A DNA stretch of 64,000 nt from Candidatus Bathyarchaeota archaeon (GTDB lineage: Archaea; Thermoproteota; Bathyarchaeia; Bathyarchaeales; Bathycorpusculaceae), in contig JAOZIE010000008.1 in assembly GCA_026014485.1 (NCBI GenBank), positions 160,716 to 224,715 on the forward strand. Reading direction: 5' to 3'. This document shows, in pieces, positions 9,645 to 19,512 of this stretch (positions within the stretch are counted from its first letter, which is position 1; each line of letters starts with the position of its first letter). A program made the translations under genes and the position numbers. The notes under the pieces are model-generated. The model worked only from the letters and a program-made list of their open reading frames with translations. It was not told where the DNA came from and made no database searches.

Positions 9645-10675
9645 AGGAACTCTGGTTTGAAACAGCCGCAGCCGCCCAGGAAAAAGAAAGCCTGCTCCAG
9701 CAAGCCTCCAAGGTCTGCGACGCCACAGTGGAGGGCGCCCAAGCTGCCCTTGTTAAAGGCGAAGGTAACGTTGCCGTCTTGGAAGGCTTTAGCTCTCAGT
9801 CCATCACGAAGCTGAAGGGTGAGGGCAAACAGGTTGCGTTGCGAGTTGCCATACGGGGCAAAGAGGACGAGAACCAAGCTGTTGAAGCCGCTGAACTTGG
9901 AGCCGACTACATCATCATAGACTGCCTTGACTGGCGTGTTATTCCACTGGAAAACCTCATCGCCAAAACCCACGGCAAAAGCAAGCTCCTCGCCCAAGTC
10001 TCCAACGCCGAAGACGCCCGTCTGGTACTGGAAGCGCTGGAGTTGGGAACGGACGGCGTGTTGCTGAAGACCTCTAACCCTGAGGAACTGGCAAAAACCG
10101 TTGCCCTCATAAAGGACCAAACCCCAAAGCTTGAGTTGACGCATGCTAAGGTCTTGACGACTAAACCTATAGGAACTGGCGCGCGGGTCTGCGTGGACAC
10201 CTGCGACCTCATGGAGCAAGGCGAAGGCATCTTGGTGGGTTCACAGAGTGCTGGTTTGTTTCTTGTAGAGGCAGAAGTTCACGAGAATCCCTACGTGGCA
10301 TCGCGTCCCTTCAGGGTAAACGCGGGCTCCATATCCATGTACACGTTGGGTTCCCTACAGAACACTCGGTACCTGTCCGAGTTTAAGGCAGGCGACGAAG
10401 TCATCATAGTCAGCAAGGACGGCGAAGTGCGGAAAGCCAACGTGGGCAGAACCAAAATCGAATTCCGCCCCCTCATCCTTGTTGAAGCCGAAGTGCAAGG
10501 CAAAACCATAAAGACCATTCTACAGAACGCTGAAACCATACGCCTCGTCACCCCCAACGGCTCCACCCCCGTTACGGACCTGAAAGAGGGCGACGAAGTC
10601 GTAGTTCATGTGGCGGCTAAAGGCGGCAGGCACTTTGGCGTATCTGTCCCTGACGAAAAAGTGATTGAGCAATGA
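9641..10675 (+). CDS. aroB': 3-dehydroquinate synthase II (AroB')
   Basis: DWRVIPLENLIA, RVCVDTC, NPYVASRPFRVNAG, ILQNAETIRL, GRHFG. Confidence 0.95.
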   Translation: MKELWFETAAAAQEKESLLQQASKVCDATVEGAQAALVKGEGNVAVLEGFSSQSITKLKGEGKQVALRVAIRGKEDENQAVEAAELGADYIIIDCLDWRVIPLENLIAKTHGKSKLLAQVSNAEDARLVLEALELGTDGVLLKTSNPEELAKTVALIKDQTPKLELTHAKVLTTKPIGTGARVCVDTCDLMEQGEGILVGSQSAGLFLVEAEVHENPYVASRPFRVNAGSISMYTLGSLQNTRYLSEFKAGDEVIIVSKDGEVRKANVGRTKIEFRPLILVEAEVQGKTIKTILQNAETIRLVTPNGSTPVTDLKEGDEVVVHVAAKGGRHFGVSVPDEKVIEQ

Positions 10676-11334
10676 CCATGCGAATCTGCGTTTCGATTCT
10701 TCCCAAAACCGCAGCGGAAGCCAAACAGCTTCTCACCAAAGCGGAAGATTCCCACGTAGATTTCATCGAAGTTAGACTGGACAACTTAGAAAACAGCGGC
10801 AAGCTGACCGATTTGGCAGCTAACTCCAAAACGTCGCTAATCGCAACTGACCACTCACGCAGAAAAGAGGCAGACCGAAAGGCGCTTCTGCTCGCAGCGG
10901 CGAAAAGCGGCTTCCGATATGTGGATGTTGACCTGCAGACGCCCAAGCTGCAGAATTTTATAGCTGAAGCCAAAGTGGCAGGCGCCAAATGCATAGTGTC
11001 CTTTCACGACCAAAACAAAACTCCCAGTATCCCCACGTTGAACCGCATCTTAGAGCGGGAAGTCTCCAGCGGCGCGGACGTGTGCAAAATTGTCACAACC
11101 GCCACAAAAATGGAGGATAACCTTACCCTGCTGCAGTTCCTTCAGGCAGCCCCCGTCAGAAAGAAGCCTGTGTGCTTTGCGATGGGTGTATTGGGCAAGA
11201 CCTCGAGGTTGCTGTCGTCAGCGTTCGGCAGCTTCTTCACTTTTGCCTGCTTGGAGCAGGGCAGCGAAACGGCTCCAGGACAGATGACAGTGCAGGAGAT
11301 GCGGTCGGCTTACAATTTACTGGGGCTCAAGTAA
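10672..11334 (+). CDS. aroD: Type I 3-dehydroquinate dehydratase
   Basis: IEVRLD, IVSFHD, ADVCKIV, FAMG..G..SR, APGQ. Confidence 0.92.
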   Translation: MTMRICVSILPKTAAEAKQLLTKAEDSHVDFIEVRLDNLENSGKLTDLAANSKTSLIATDHSRRKEADRKALLLAAAKSGFRYVDVDLQTPKLQNFIAEAKVAGAKCIVSFHDQNKTPSIPTLNRILEREVSSGADVCKIVTTATKMEDNLTLLQFLQAAPVRKKPVCFAMGVLGKTSRLLSSAFGSFFTFACLEQGSETAPGQMTVQEMRSAYNLLGLK

Positions 11335-11336
11335 CC

Positions 11337-12224
11337 ATGAACCTATCGGGAAAGACAGCGGTTTACGGCGTTATAGGTGACCCTGTAGCGCACTCTCTGA
11401 GTCCAGCGATGCAGAACGCCGCCTTCGAAGCCTTAGGGCTGAACAGCGTTTTCCTTGCGTTTCAGGTGCCCGCAGTCAAGGTGGAGTTTGCCTTGAGGGG
11501 CATGCGGGGATTGGGTATTTGCGGCTTAAACGTGACCATGCCAGACAAAAACGCCGTCATCCCCCACTTAGACGAAGTCGATGAGACAGCTCGGTTTCTT
11601 GGCTCCGTAAACACAATCCTCAACGACAGCGGCAAACTCCGCGGGTTCAGCACCGACGGCGCAGGTGCCCACCGAGCGCTGATAGAAAACGGCGCGGAGT
11701 TAGCGAAAAAAAAGCTGGTTGTCCTCGGCGGAGGCGGCGCAGCCAAAGCCGTAGCTTACACTCTTGCCCAAGAAGTCGCTGAGCTAACCCTGCTGAACAG
11801 AACACCGCAGAAACTCGCCGATTTAGCCAAAGCCATAACCCAAAAATTCCAAACAAAAGTCACCGTCGGCTCAACCTCACCAAACGAAATCCAACGCAGC
11901 CTGCAGGACGCCGACGTGCTCGTCAACGCAACCAGCGTGGGCATGCACCCGCACACGGCGCAGAGCCTTGTCAAGCCTGAATGGCTCAAACCTACCTTAA
12001 CAGTCATGGATATAGTCTACAACCCGGAGGAAACCAAGCTGGCACAGGACGCAAAAGCAGCAGGAGCACGCGTCGTCAGCGGAGTGGAGATGCTTATTTA
12101 CCAAGGCGCCGCATCGTTTGAAATCTGGACAGGCAAACCTGCCCCCGTGGAAGTAATGCGGAACGCCGCACAAAACCAGCTTAAACATAGGGCAAGCGGA
12201 GGAGATGGCATTGGGGAAAGCTGA
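11337..12224 (+). CDS. aroE: Shikimate dehydrogenase
   Basis: IGDPVAHSLSP, NVTMP.K, SVNT, VNATSVGM, DIVYNP; start reassigned to ATG 11337. Confidence 0.93.
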   Translation: MNLSGKTAVYGVIGDPVAHSLSPAMQNAAFEALGLNSVFLAFQVPAVKVEFALRGMRGLGICGLNVTMPDKNAVIPHLDEVDETARFLGSVNTILNDSGKLRGFSTDGAGAHRALIENGAELAKKKLVVLGGGGAAKAVAYTLAQEVAELTLLNRTPQKLADLAKAITQKFQTKVTVGSTSPNEIQRSLQDADVLVNATSVGMHPHTAQSLVKPEWLKPTLTVMDIVYNPEETKLAQDAKAAGARVVSGVEMLIYQGAASFEIWTGKPAPVEVMRNAAQNQLKHRASGGDGIGES

Positions 12225-13086
12225 GGCAGTAGCTCACGGTGCAGCCACCATTGTAAACGCCATTGCTACAGGTGCGGGCGCCGCTTTCGGCGTGGATCTC
12301 TGGACAAAGGCAGAGGTTGAACTCACAAGCGAGGCAGGTTTCATCCAAGCTGAAATCATATCTGACCCCTCCGAAAGCACCCTGCTAATTGAGCGGGCGG
12401 CGATGCGGGTTCTGGAGCACTTCAAGGTAGAGCAGCAGTTCGGCGTCAAAGTGAAAACCAACTCAAACATACCCGTTGCCCGCGGCTTGAAAAGCAGCAG
12501 CGCCGCAGCGAACGCGGTTGCATCGGCGACGGTTGCGGCTTTGGGCAAGTCGCTGGACGATTTGGCGATTGTCAATTTAGGCGTGGATGCTGCTTTTGAC
12601 GCGCAAGTCACAGTGACAGGCGCCTTCGACGATGCCTGCGCATCATATTTTGGCGGAGTCACCGTAACCGACAATCTCAAGCGCAAGATAGTTAAGCGTT
12701 CAATTCTGCCCGAAGGCTTCGTTGTTCTTTTTCATGTACCCTCCAAGAAAGCGTACACGGCAAACTCCGATGTTGCTAAACTGCGGTCGATTAAGCCGCT
12801 GGTGGAAGTTGCCTACAGGGAGGCGATGCAGGGAAACTTCTGGACTGCCCTCTCACTGAACGGTTTAGTGTACTCGTCAGCGCTGGGATACGATGTCTCC
12901 GTGGCGCTGGACGCTTTGAACGCAGGCGCGGCTGCAGCGGGACTCTGCGGGAAAGGACCTGCAGTGACCGCGGTGTCTTCCCAAGACAAAGCCGAACAGG
13001 TAAAGGCGGCTCTGCAAGGGCATGAAGGCGAAGTAATCATTGCAGGACTGAACCGGCAGAAAGCCAAAGTGGTGACTAACCCTTGA
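12205..13086 (+). CDS. aroK: Archaeal (GHMP-family) shikimate kinase
   Basis: GAATIVNAIATG, IPVARGLKSSSA, VTGAFDDACAS. Confidence 0.93.
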   Translation: MALGKAEAVAHGAATIVNAIATGAGAAFGVDLWTKAEVELTSEAGFIQAEIISDPSESTLLIERAAMRVLEHFKVEQQFGVKVKTNSNIPVARGLKSSSAAANAVASATVAALGKSLDDLAIVNLGVDAAFDAQVTVTGAFDDACASYFGGVTVTDNLKRKIVKRSILPEGFVVLFHVPSKKAYTANSDVAKLRSIKPLVEVAYREAMQGNFWTALSLNGLVYSSALGYDVSVALDALNAGAAAAGLCGKGPAVTAVSSQDKAEQVKAALQGHEGEVIIAGLNRQKAKVVTNP

Positions 13087-14387
13087 CCAACATGTCTGTA
13101 CCGAAAACCCAAAAGCTGAAAGGAGCCGTCTATGCGCCTCCATCAAAGGCTTACACTCAGCGGATGCTCATAGCTGCGGCGCTCTCAAACGGCGCCTCAA
13201 AAGTGTTAAATCCGCTGATTTCCGAGGACACCCAAGCAACCTTGCGTTCCGTCGAGGCTTTAGGCGCCAAAGTGCAGGCGACAGAGGACTGCTGGATTGT
13301 CCAAGGCACCAACCACATAAAAGGCGCTGAGGACCCCATTGACTGCGGGAATTCAGGCGCCACTCTGCGCTTCATGGTTCCCGTCGCTGCCCTCGCCCCG
13401 CAGCCGTCCACATTCCTGCTGGGCGCTGGCTTAGCCAAGCGTCCCGTGGAGCCCCTGCTTACCAGCCTCAAGCAGTTGGGTGCTCAAGCTGAAGTGCAGC
13501 AGGTTAACGGAAGAACCCAGGTTCGTGTGGAAGGTGGAGGCATACGCGGCGGCAAAGCCACCATGCCTGGTGACGTAAGCAGCCAGTTCGTTTCGGGGCT
13601 TATGTTCGCGTGTCCCTTGGCGGAGGCGGATACGCAGTTGACGTTGACATCGACGCTGGAATCCAAAAGCTACGTTCTCATGACCGAGAACGTTCTTGTC
13701 AAGCACGGCGTCAAAGTTGGCATATCCGAAGACTTTAGCAAAGTGAAAATCTCCGCAAACCAAGCTTACCAGCCTTTGGAAGGTGGGGTTCCAGGGGATT
13801 TCTCTTCTGCGGCTTTCTTGCTGGCGGCGGCAGCCATCACCGAATCCGAAGTCGCCGTTAAGAATCTTGATTACGGTAGCGTGCAGGGCGACAAAGCCAT
13901 CTTGCGTATCCTCAAGCAGATGGGCGTAGATGCCACGGTCTGCGAAAACCAAATCGAGATAGCTGGCACGGGCGAGTTGCTTTCCGCTGTGGATGTGGAT
14001 GCATCTGATATACCTGACCTTGTTCCCGTCTGTACAGCGCTTGCCTGCTGCGCGAAGGGCACTTCGAGAATTCATGATGCAGAGCGGTTGAGGCTGAAAG
14101 AGTCCGACAGGCTGAATTCGTTGTACGTTGAGTTGTCAAAGATGGGCGCCGACATAGCCATGGACGAGGGTAGCTTAACCGTGAATGGTCCCTGCAGGTT
14201 ACATGGCGCCGTGATTGACTCGCATAATGACCACCGTATAGCTATGGCCTGCGCCGTTGCAGCGCTGCGTGCGGACGGCGAAACCGTAATTCAGAACGCC
14301 GAGTGCGTCAGAAAGTCTTATCCGCAGTTCTTCACTGATTTAGGCTCGTTAGGAGTAGATTTGGTTGGCGGGAAACTCGATAGGTAA
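13083..14387 (+). CDS. aroA: 3-phosphoshikimate 1-carboxyvinyltransferase (EPSP synthase)
   Basis: PPSKA, GNSGATLRF, SSQFVSGL, LRLKESDR, DHRIAM, KSYP.FF. Confidence 0.95.
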   Translation: MTNMSVPKTQKLKGAVYAPPSKAYTQRMLIAAALSNGASKVLNPLISEDTQATLRSVEALGAKVQATEDCWIVQGTNHIKGAEDPIDCGNSGATLRFMVPVAALAPQPSTFLLGAGLAKRPVEPLLTSLKQLGAQAEVQQVNGRTQVRVEGGGIRGGKATMPGDVSSQFVSGLMFACPLAEADTQLTLTSTLESKSYVLMTENVLVKHGVKVGISEDFSKVKISANQAYQPLEGGVPGDFSSAAFLLAAAAITESEVAVKNLDYGSVQGDKAILRILKQMGVDATVCENQIEIAGTGELLSAVDVDASDIPDLVPVCTALACCAKGTSRIHDAERLRLKESDRLNSLYVELSKMGADIAMDEGSLTVNGPCRLHGAVIDSHNDHRIAMACAVAALRADGETVIQNAECVRKSYPQFFTDLGSLGVDLVGGKLDR

Positions 14388-15474
14388 AGAATTCGTGGTT
14401 ACAAGCTTTGGCGAGAGCCACGGCAAACAGGTAGGTGTGGTGGTTGACGGTTGCCCAGCTGGACTGCCATTCTCGGAGACGGATGTACAAGCGGATCTGG
14501 ATAGACGGATTCCGCTGCAGAAACCCGAGCTTGTCTCAGGCAGAGTCGAGAAAGACTCAGTTCAGGTAATTTCAGGGGTCTTCAACGGCTTAACAACAGG
14601 TGCCCCCATAGCTTTAGCGGTTGAGAACAGGGAAACAAGATCCAGCGACTACGACTCCATACGGAACCTGCCCCGACCCGCCCACGCAGACTACCCCGCC
14701 ACAGTCAAGTACGGCGGCTTCCACGACTACCGCGGCGGCGGACGCTTCTCAGGCAGGCTCACCGTAGCCACCATAATGGCTGGCGCCGTAGCAAAAAAGC
14801 TGCTAGGATACTTCGGTGTAGATGTGCTTGCTTACACCAAATCCATCGGCAAAACACAAACCGATAACCCGCTAAGCCCCCAAGGCATCCGACAGAGAAC
14901 TTATTTGTCTGCGGTTCGATGCCCAGATTTGGCGTGTGCAAAGAAAATGGAGGATGCCATCTTGGATGCGCGCAAGGCAGGCGACAGCTTAGGCGGCGTG
15001 GTTGAATGTGTAGCCTTGAATGTGCCTGTGGGCGTGGGTGAGCCGTTGTTTGACGCGTTGGACGCGGATTTGGCTAAGGCGCTTTTTTCGATTCCCGCCG
15101 TGAAGGGCGTGGAGTTCGGTGCAGGTTTTGGTTTAACAAAGATGCGGGGCTCCGAGGCAAATGACGCTTATCAGATTGTCGAGGGTAAAGTTGTGACGGT
15201 GACGAATCTTGCAGGCGGCATCTTGGGCGGCATATCCTCAGGCATGCCCATCACCCTCCGAGTTGCTGTTAAGCCTACCCCGTCAATTGTAAAAGAACAG
15301 CAGACCGTTGACTTATCCAAAATGGAAAACGCCAAGATAAAGGTGGGCGGCAGACATGACCCCTGCGTGGTTCCCAAAGCGGTTCCCGCAGTAGAAGCAA
15401 CCGTAGCCGTAACCTTGGCAGACCACATGATACGGGCAGGGTTTATTCCCAAAGTCCTCAAGAGGAAAAAGTGA
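14365..15474 (+). CDS. aroC: Chorismate synthase
   Basis: FGESHG, PRPAHAD, RGGGRFSGR, SIPAVKGVEFG, GRHDPC. Confidence 0.96.
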   Translation: MAGNSIGKEFVVTSFGESHGKQVGVVVDGCPAGLPFSETDVQADLDRRIPLQKPELVSGRVEKDSVQVISGVFNGLTTGAPIALAVENRETRSSDYDSIRNLPRPAHADYPATVKYGGFHDYRGGGRFSGRLTVATIMAGAVAKKLLGYFGVDVLAYTKSIGKTQTDNPLSPQGIRQRTYLSAVRCPDLACAKKMEDAILDARKAGDSLGGVVECVALNVPVGVGEPLFDALDADLAKALFSIPAVKGVEFGAGFGLTKMRGSEANDAYQIVEGKVVTVTNLAGGILGGISSGMPITLRVAVKPTPSIVKEQQTVDLSKMENAKIKVGGRHDPCVVPKAVPAVEATVAVTLADHMIRAGFIPKVLKRKK

Positions 15475-15734
15475 TGGCTGACCTAAAGAAAATGCGTGGC
15501 GAAATCGACGAGGTTGACGAGCAGATTTTGCGTTTGTTAGCTGACCGCGTGAAGGTTTGCGAGGAAATCGGTTCTGCCAAGAAAGCGCAGGGACTGCCCG
15601 TGAAGAACAACGCCCGAGAAGAGGAAGTTTACAGGCATATCCGTTCGCAAGCCGTTAAACTGGGTATAGACCCTCTTAAAGTGGAAGCGGTTTACCGCCA
15701 AATAGTTAATATGTGCAGTTCCGTTCAAGAATAG
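15471..15734 (+). CDS. Chorismate mutase (AroQ type)
   Basis: L..MRGEIDEVD.QIL.LL..R...IG..K...P....RE. Confidence 0.9.
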   Translation: MMADLKKMRGEIDEVDEQILRLLADRVKVCEEIGSAKKAQGLPVKNNAREEEVYRHIRSQAVKLGIDPLKVEAVYRQIVNMCSSVQE

Positions 15735-15763
15735 AAACCAACTCTTTACGGAGAGCAACCAAA

Positions 15764-16843
15764 ATGCTATACGAGATAAACGAAAAAGCTCTGAAACTGG
15801 AAAGCGAAGGCAAACGAATAATACGCTTAAACCTAGGTGACCCCGACCTAGACACGCCCCCCGCGATAGTTGAAGCCGCATACGACGCCATGAAGGCAGG
15901 CAAAACTAAATACTCCTCGTCATACGGAGAAAAGCCGCTCCGCGAAAAAATCGCTGAACTGCACGGCGTCAAACCAGACAACGTTGTAGTTACTCCAGGC
16001 TCGAAATGGGGCGTCTTCGCAACCATGTACCTTATGTTGAGGAACGGCGGAAACGTCATCATCCCCACGCCTTACTGGACCGCCTACGGGCTCATCGCAA
16101 AAAGCTTAGGCGCCGAAACCCGCCTTCTGAAAACTGAGTTGGAAAACGATTGGAAAGTGGACCCCGCAGAGTTAGAGGCACTCATCGATAAAGACACCAA
16201 GATGATTATCCTCAATAACCCGAATAACCCAACCAGCAAAGTCATGGACGACAAAACTCTCGATGGCATAGTCGAAGTAGCCGAAAAAAGGGGCGTTACA
16301 ATTCTCTCCGACGAAGTTTACGGTGCTATCGCCTTCACGAAGACCAAAAGCATCTTGGAGTATGATGGCGGCTTCAAACACATTCTTACTAACGGGTTCT
16401 CCAAAACCTTCTCGATGACCGGCTGGCGCATCGGCTACATCGTAGCAGACAAACTGCTGGTTGACAAAATAACTAGACTAAATCAGATAACCATCAACAA
16501 CGTGCCCATATTCATCCAAGACGCCGCATTAAAGGGCATAGAACTCCGAGCTCAAATTGCCACCGCCATAAAGCAGGAGTACGAGGAACGAGCCGAAGTG
16601 GCAAGCAAAATGCTCACAGCAGCAGGTTTCTCGTTCTCAAAACCCGATGCGCCCTTCTACGTGTTCCCCAAAAAGGCAGGGTTGAACTCGGAGAAGTTCA
16701 CATTGGACCTGCTGGATAAAGGCGTCGCCATCGCACCTGGCTCGTCGTTCGGAGACTACCTCGAACACTTCCGTATTTCTCTGACTGCACCCAAAGAACA
16801 AATCGAGGAGGCGCTGAACATCATCTGCGAGGCTCCAAAATGA
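15764..16843 (+). CDS. Class I PLP-dependent (aspartate/aromatic) aminotransferase
   Basis: LGDPD, NNPNNPT, SDEVY, GFSKTFSMTGWRIG; start reassigned to ATG 15764. Confidence 0.9.
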   Translation: MLYEINEKALKLESEGKRIIRLNLGDPDLDTPPAIVEAAYDAMKAGKTKYSSSYGEKPLREKIAELHGVKPDNVVVTPGSKWGVFATMYLMLRNGGNVIIPTPYWTAYGLIAKSLGAETRLLKTELENDWKVDPAELEALIDKDTKMIILNNPNNPTSKVMDDKTLDGIVEVAEKRGVTILSDEVYGAIAFTKTKSILEYDGGFKHILTNGFSKTFSMTGWRIGYIVADKLLVDKITRLNQITINNVPIFIQDAALKGIELRAQIATAIKQEYEERAEVASKMLTAAGFSFSKPDAPFYVFPKKAGLNSEKFTLDLLDKGVAIAPGSSFGDYLEHFRISLTAPKEQIEEALNIICEAPK

Positions 16844-17712
16844 AGACGGCGATTCTGGGCGCAGGAAAAATGGGCGTCTGGTTCGCCAAATTCTGTAAAG
16901 AGAAAGGCGACCATGTGATTCTTGCGAGCAGAAACAAAGAGAAACTGGCAAAACTGGGAAAACAGCTTGACGTTGAAACCGCAGACTTCGCTCAAGCCGT
17001 GACCGACGCAGACCGCGTCATGATATGCGTGTCCATTAGCTCTTTTGAAGAAGTCGTAAAGCAGATTGCCCCCAACGTGCGGGGCGGGCAAGTCGTCATG
17101 GATATATGCTCCATCAAGGATTTTCCCGTTAAAGTCATGCATGAAAACATCCAAAACGGCTTGGTTCTGGGTACTCATCCCGTTTTCGGTCCAGGCAGCC
17201 AAGGTGTTCAGCACAAAGCCTTCATTTTAACGCCGACCAACGAGCAGGAAGCCGAATACGCCGAAGGCTTCAAGAATTGGCTACAGCAGCAGGAAGCCCA
17301 CGTGTTTATTATGCCCCCAAAAAAACATGACGAATTAATGTCTGTGGTGTTGGGGTTGCCGCATTTCTTGGGTTTAGTTGCCTGCGAAACATTGCTGGAG
17401 CAAAAAGATTTCCCCGAAACCAAACAGGTGGCAGGCACAACCTACCGTATGCTGTTTACGCTTGCAGAAGCAACGGCGATGGAGACTCCTGACCTTTACG
17501 CTAACCTGCAGATGAACCTGCCTGAAATGGGGAAAATCGAAGACCAATTCATTGCCAAAGCGCAGGAGTGGCTAAACCTCATCAAACAGAAAAACTCGCA
17601 AGCCATAATTGACCGCATGGAACAGCTTAAGGCGAAACTCCTCAAAATCGACTCTGACTTCGCCGAGTCATACGAAGTCATGTACAAAATGTTAGAATCC
17701 ACAGAAAAATAG
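16840..17712 (+). CDS. tyrA: Prephenate/arogenate dehydrogenase
   Basis: ILGAGKMG Rossmann motif, DICSIK, GTHPVFGP, HDELMSVVLGLPH. Confidence 0.92.
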   Translation: MKTAILGAGKMGVWFAKFCKEKGDHVILASRNKEKLAKLGKQLDVETADFAQAVTDADRVMICVSISSFEEVVKQIAPNVRGGQVVMDICSIKDFPVKVMHENIQNGLVLGTHPVFGPGSQGVQHKAFILTPTNEQEAEYAEGFKNWLQQQEAHVFIMPPKKHDELMSVVLGLPHFLGLVACETLLEQKDFPETKQVAGTTYRMLFTLAEATAMETPDLYANLQMNLPEMGKIEDQFIAKAQEWLNLIKQKNSQAIIDRMEQLKAKLLKIDSDFAESYEVMYKMLESTEK

Positions 17713-17812
17713 TTTCTCATCGAACCTTTGTAACCAGAAATAAGTTGTGTTTTAGCCTGCTTTCTTTAAGAAAAAAGAAGTTGGGGTGAACCCTAAAGGT
17801 TCAGCGTTTTGG

Positions 17813-19441
17813 TTACTCGGTGGGTGTAGGTTCATACCTTGACAGGTAGCCTTTGGTTATCTTTTTGGGTCGGGGCTTCCACTGTGAAAGGCGGTTCTGG
17901 ATTTCTTCGTCTGAAAGCTTTACGCTTAGGACGCGGTTGGGGATGTCAATGGTTATGATGTCGCCGTTTTGGATGGCTGCTATGGGTCCGCCTTCGGCAG
18001 CTTCAGGTGCAACGTGTCCGATGCATGGTCCTCGTGTAGCTCCTGAGAAGCGCCCGTCGGTGATGAGCGCCACGGATTCGCTTAAACCCATACCTGAGAT
18101 GGTGGCTGTGGGAATGAGCATTTCGGGCATGCCTGGTCCCCCTCGGGGTCCCTCATAGCGGATAACAACCACGTCGCCAGCTACGATTTCGTGACGTTTC
18201 ATGGCTTCTTCTGCTTCTTTTTCTGACTCGTACACTTTAGCTGGACCTGAATGCCTAAGCATAGCGGCGGAAACTGCCACTGCCTTCACGACGCCGCCTT
18301 TTGGTGCAATGTTGCCTTTCAATATGGCTATACCGCCTTCTTTATGCACGGGGTTAGTTAGGGGTCGGATAACCTCGGAGTCTATGACTTGGGCGTCTAG
18401 GATGATTTCGCCTACAGTCTTGGTTGAGACTGTGGATGCGCCTTGGTTCAGGAACTGTTTAAGCACGTTCATGAGCGCTGGCAAGCCGCCTGCGTTATGC
18501 AACTCCTGCATGTCATGGTCCCCGCTGGGCACCATGTTGGATACGTGGGGAACTTTGCGGCTGATGTCATCAAACGTCATTATGGGCAGCGATACCCCTG
18601 CCTCTTTGGCTATGGCTGAAAGATGTAGCACCGTATTGGTGGAGCCTCCCAGCGCCGTGTCTACAACCACCGCGTTCTCAAAGGCTTCTTTAGTCATGAT
18701 GCTGGAGGGCTTTATGTCCTTGTTAATGAGTTCAACGATTTTTTCCCCTGACTCCTTAGCAATGTGCATTTTCTGAGCGCTGGTAGCTAACGATGTGGCA
18801 CAATACGGCAGAGACATACCTAACGCCTCAGTCATGCATGCCATGGTGTTGGCGGTGAACATGCCGTTGCAGGAGCCGCAGCCAGGACAAGCAGCATTTT
18901 CCAGCTGAGTCAACTCATCTTTGTCTATTTTACCTGCGAAAGCTTTGCCTACCGCTTCAAAGACGTTGTTCACTCCGACTTTTTTGCTTCCGACAAAACC
19001 TGACTCCATAGCTCCCCCCGTTACCGAGATTGCAGGTACATCTATGCGGGCTGCCGCCATGAGCATGCCAGGCGTGACTTTGTCGCAGTTAGAAACTAAC
19101 ACCACGCCGTCTAGGCGGTGGGCTTGTATCATGATTTCCACAGAATCCGCGATGAGTTCGCGGCTGGGCAGGCTGAAGCGCATGCCTTCATGTCCCATAG
19201 CTATGCCGTCGCAGACCGCAATTGTGTTGAATTCAAAGGGGACGCCGCCTGCGGCTCTTATGCCTTCTTTGACTGCTTCCCCGATGCTTCTCAGGTGCAC
19301 ATGACCTGGGACAATGGATGTGTAGCTGTTTGCTACGCCGATGAAAGGTTTAGACATGTCTTCATCGGTTATTCCGTCAGCTTTAAGCAGCGCTCTGTGA
19401 GGCGCTCTTTCTACTCCATGTTTAATTTCGCAGCTTCTCAA
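17813..19441 (-). CDS. ilvD: Dihydroxy-acid dehydratase
   Basis: [43 protein letters not shown]. Confidence 0.96.
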   Translation of the reverse strand: MRSCEIKHGVERAPHRALLKADGITDEDMSKPFIGVANSYTSIVPGHVHLRSIGEAVKEGIRAAGGVPFEFNTIAVCDGIAMGHEGMRFSLPSRELIADSVEIMIQAHRLDGVVLVSNCDKVTPGMLMAAARIDVPAISVTGGAMESGFVGSKKVGVNNVFEAVGKAFAGKIDKDELTQLENAACPGCGSCNGMFTANTMACMTEALGMSLPYCATSLATSAQKMHIAKESGEKIVELINKDIKPSSIMTKEAFENAVVVDTALGGSTNTVLHLSAIAKEAGVSLPIMTFDDISRKVPHVSNMVPSGDHDMQELHNAGGLPALMNVLKQFLNQGASTVSTKTVGEIILDAQVIDSEVIRPLTNPVHKEGGIAILKGNIAPKGGVVKAVAVSAAMLRHSGPAKVYESEKEAEEAMKRHEIVAGDVVVIRYEGPRGGPGMPEMLIPTATISGMGLSESVALITDGRFSGATRGPCIGHVAPEAAEGGPIAAIQNGDIITIDIPNRVLSVKLSDEEIQNRLSQWKPRPKKITKGYLSRYEPTPTE

Positions 19442-19512
19442 TTTATGTTTCCTCTTATATATGACGCCGCAAATTTTATATTTAAGCGTGCCGCTCTTGA
19501 AAAGAGACTAAT

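Noticed and set aside
11172..11336. 55-aa N-terminal extension of aroE in the ORF track
   Set aside because: It overlaps aroD; the recognisable sequence starts at ATG 11337, just after the aroD stop
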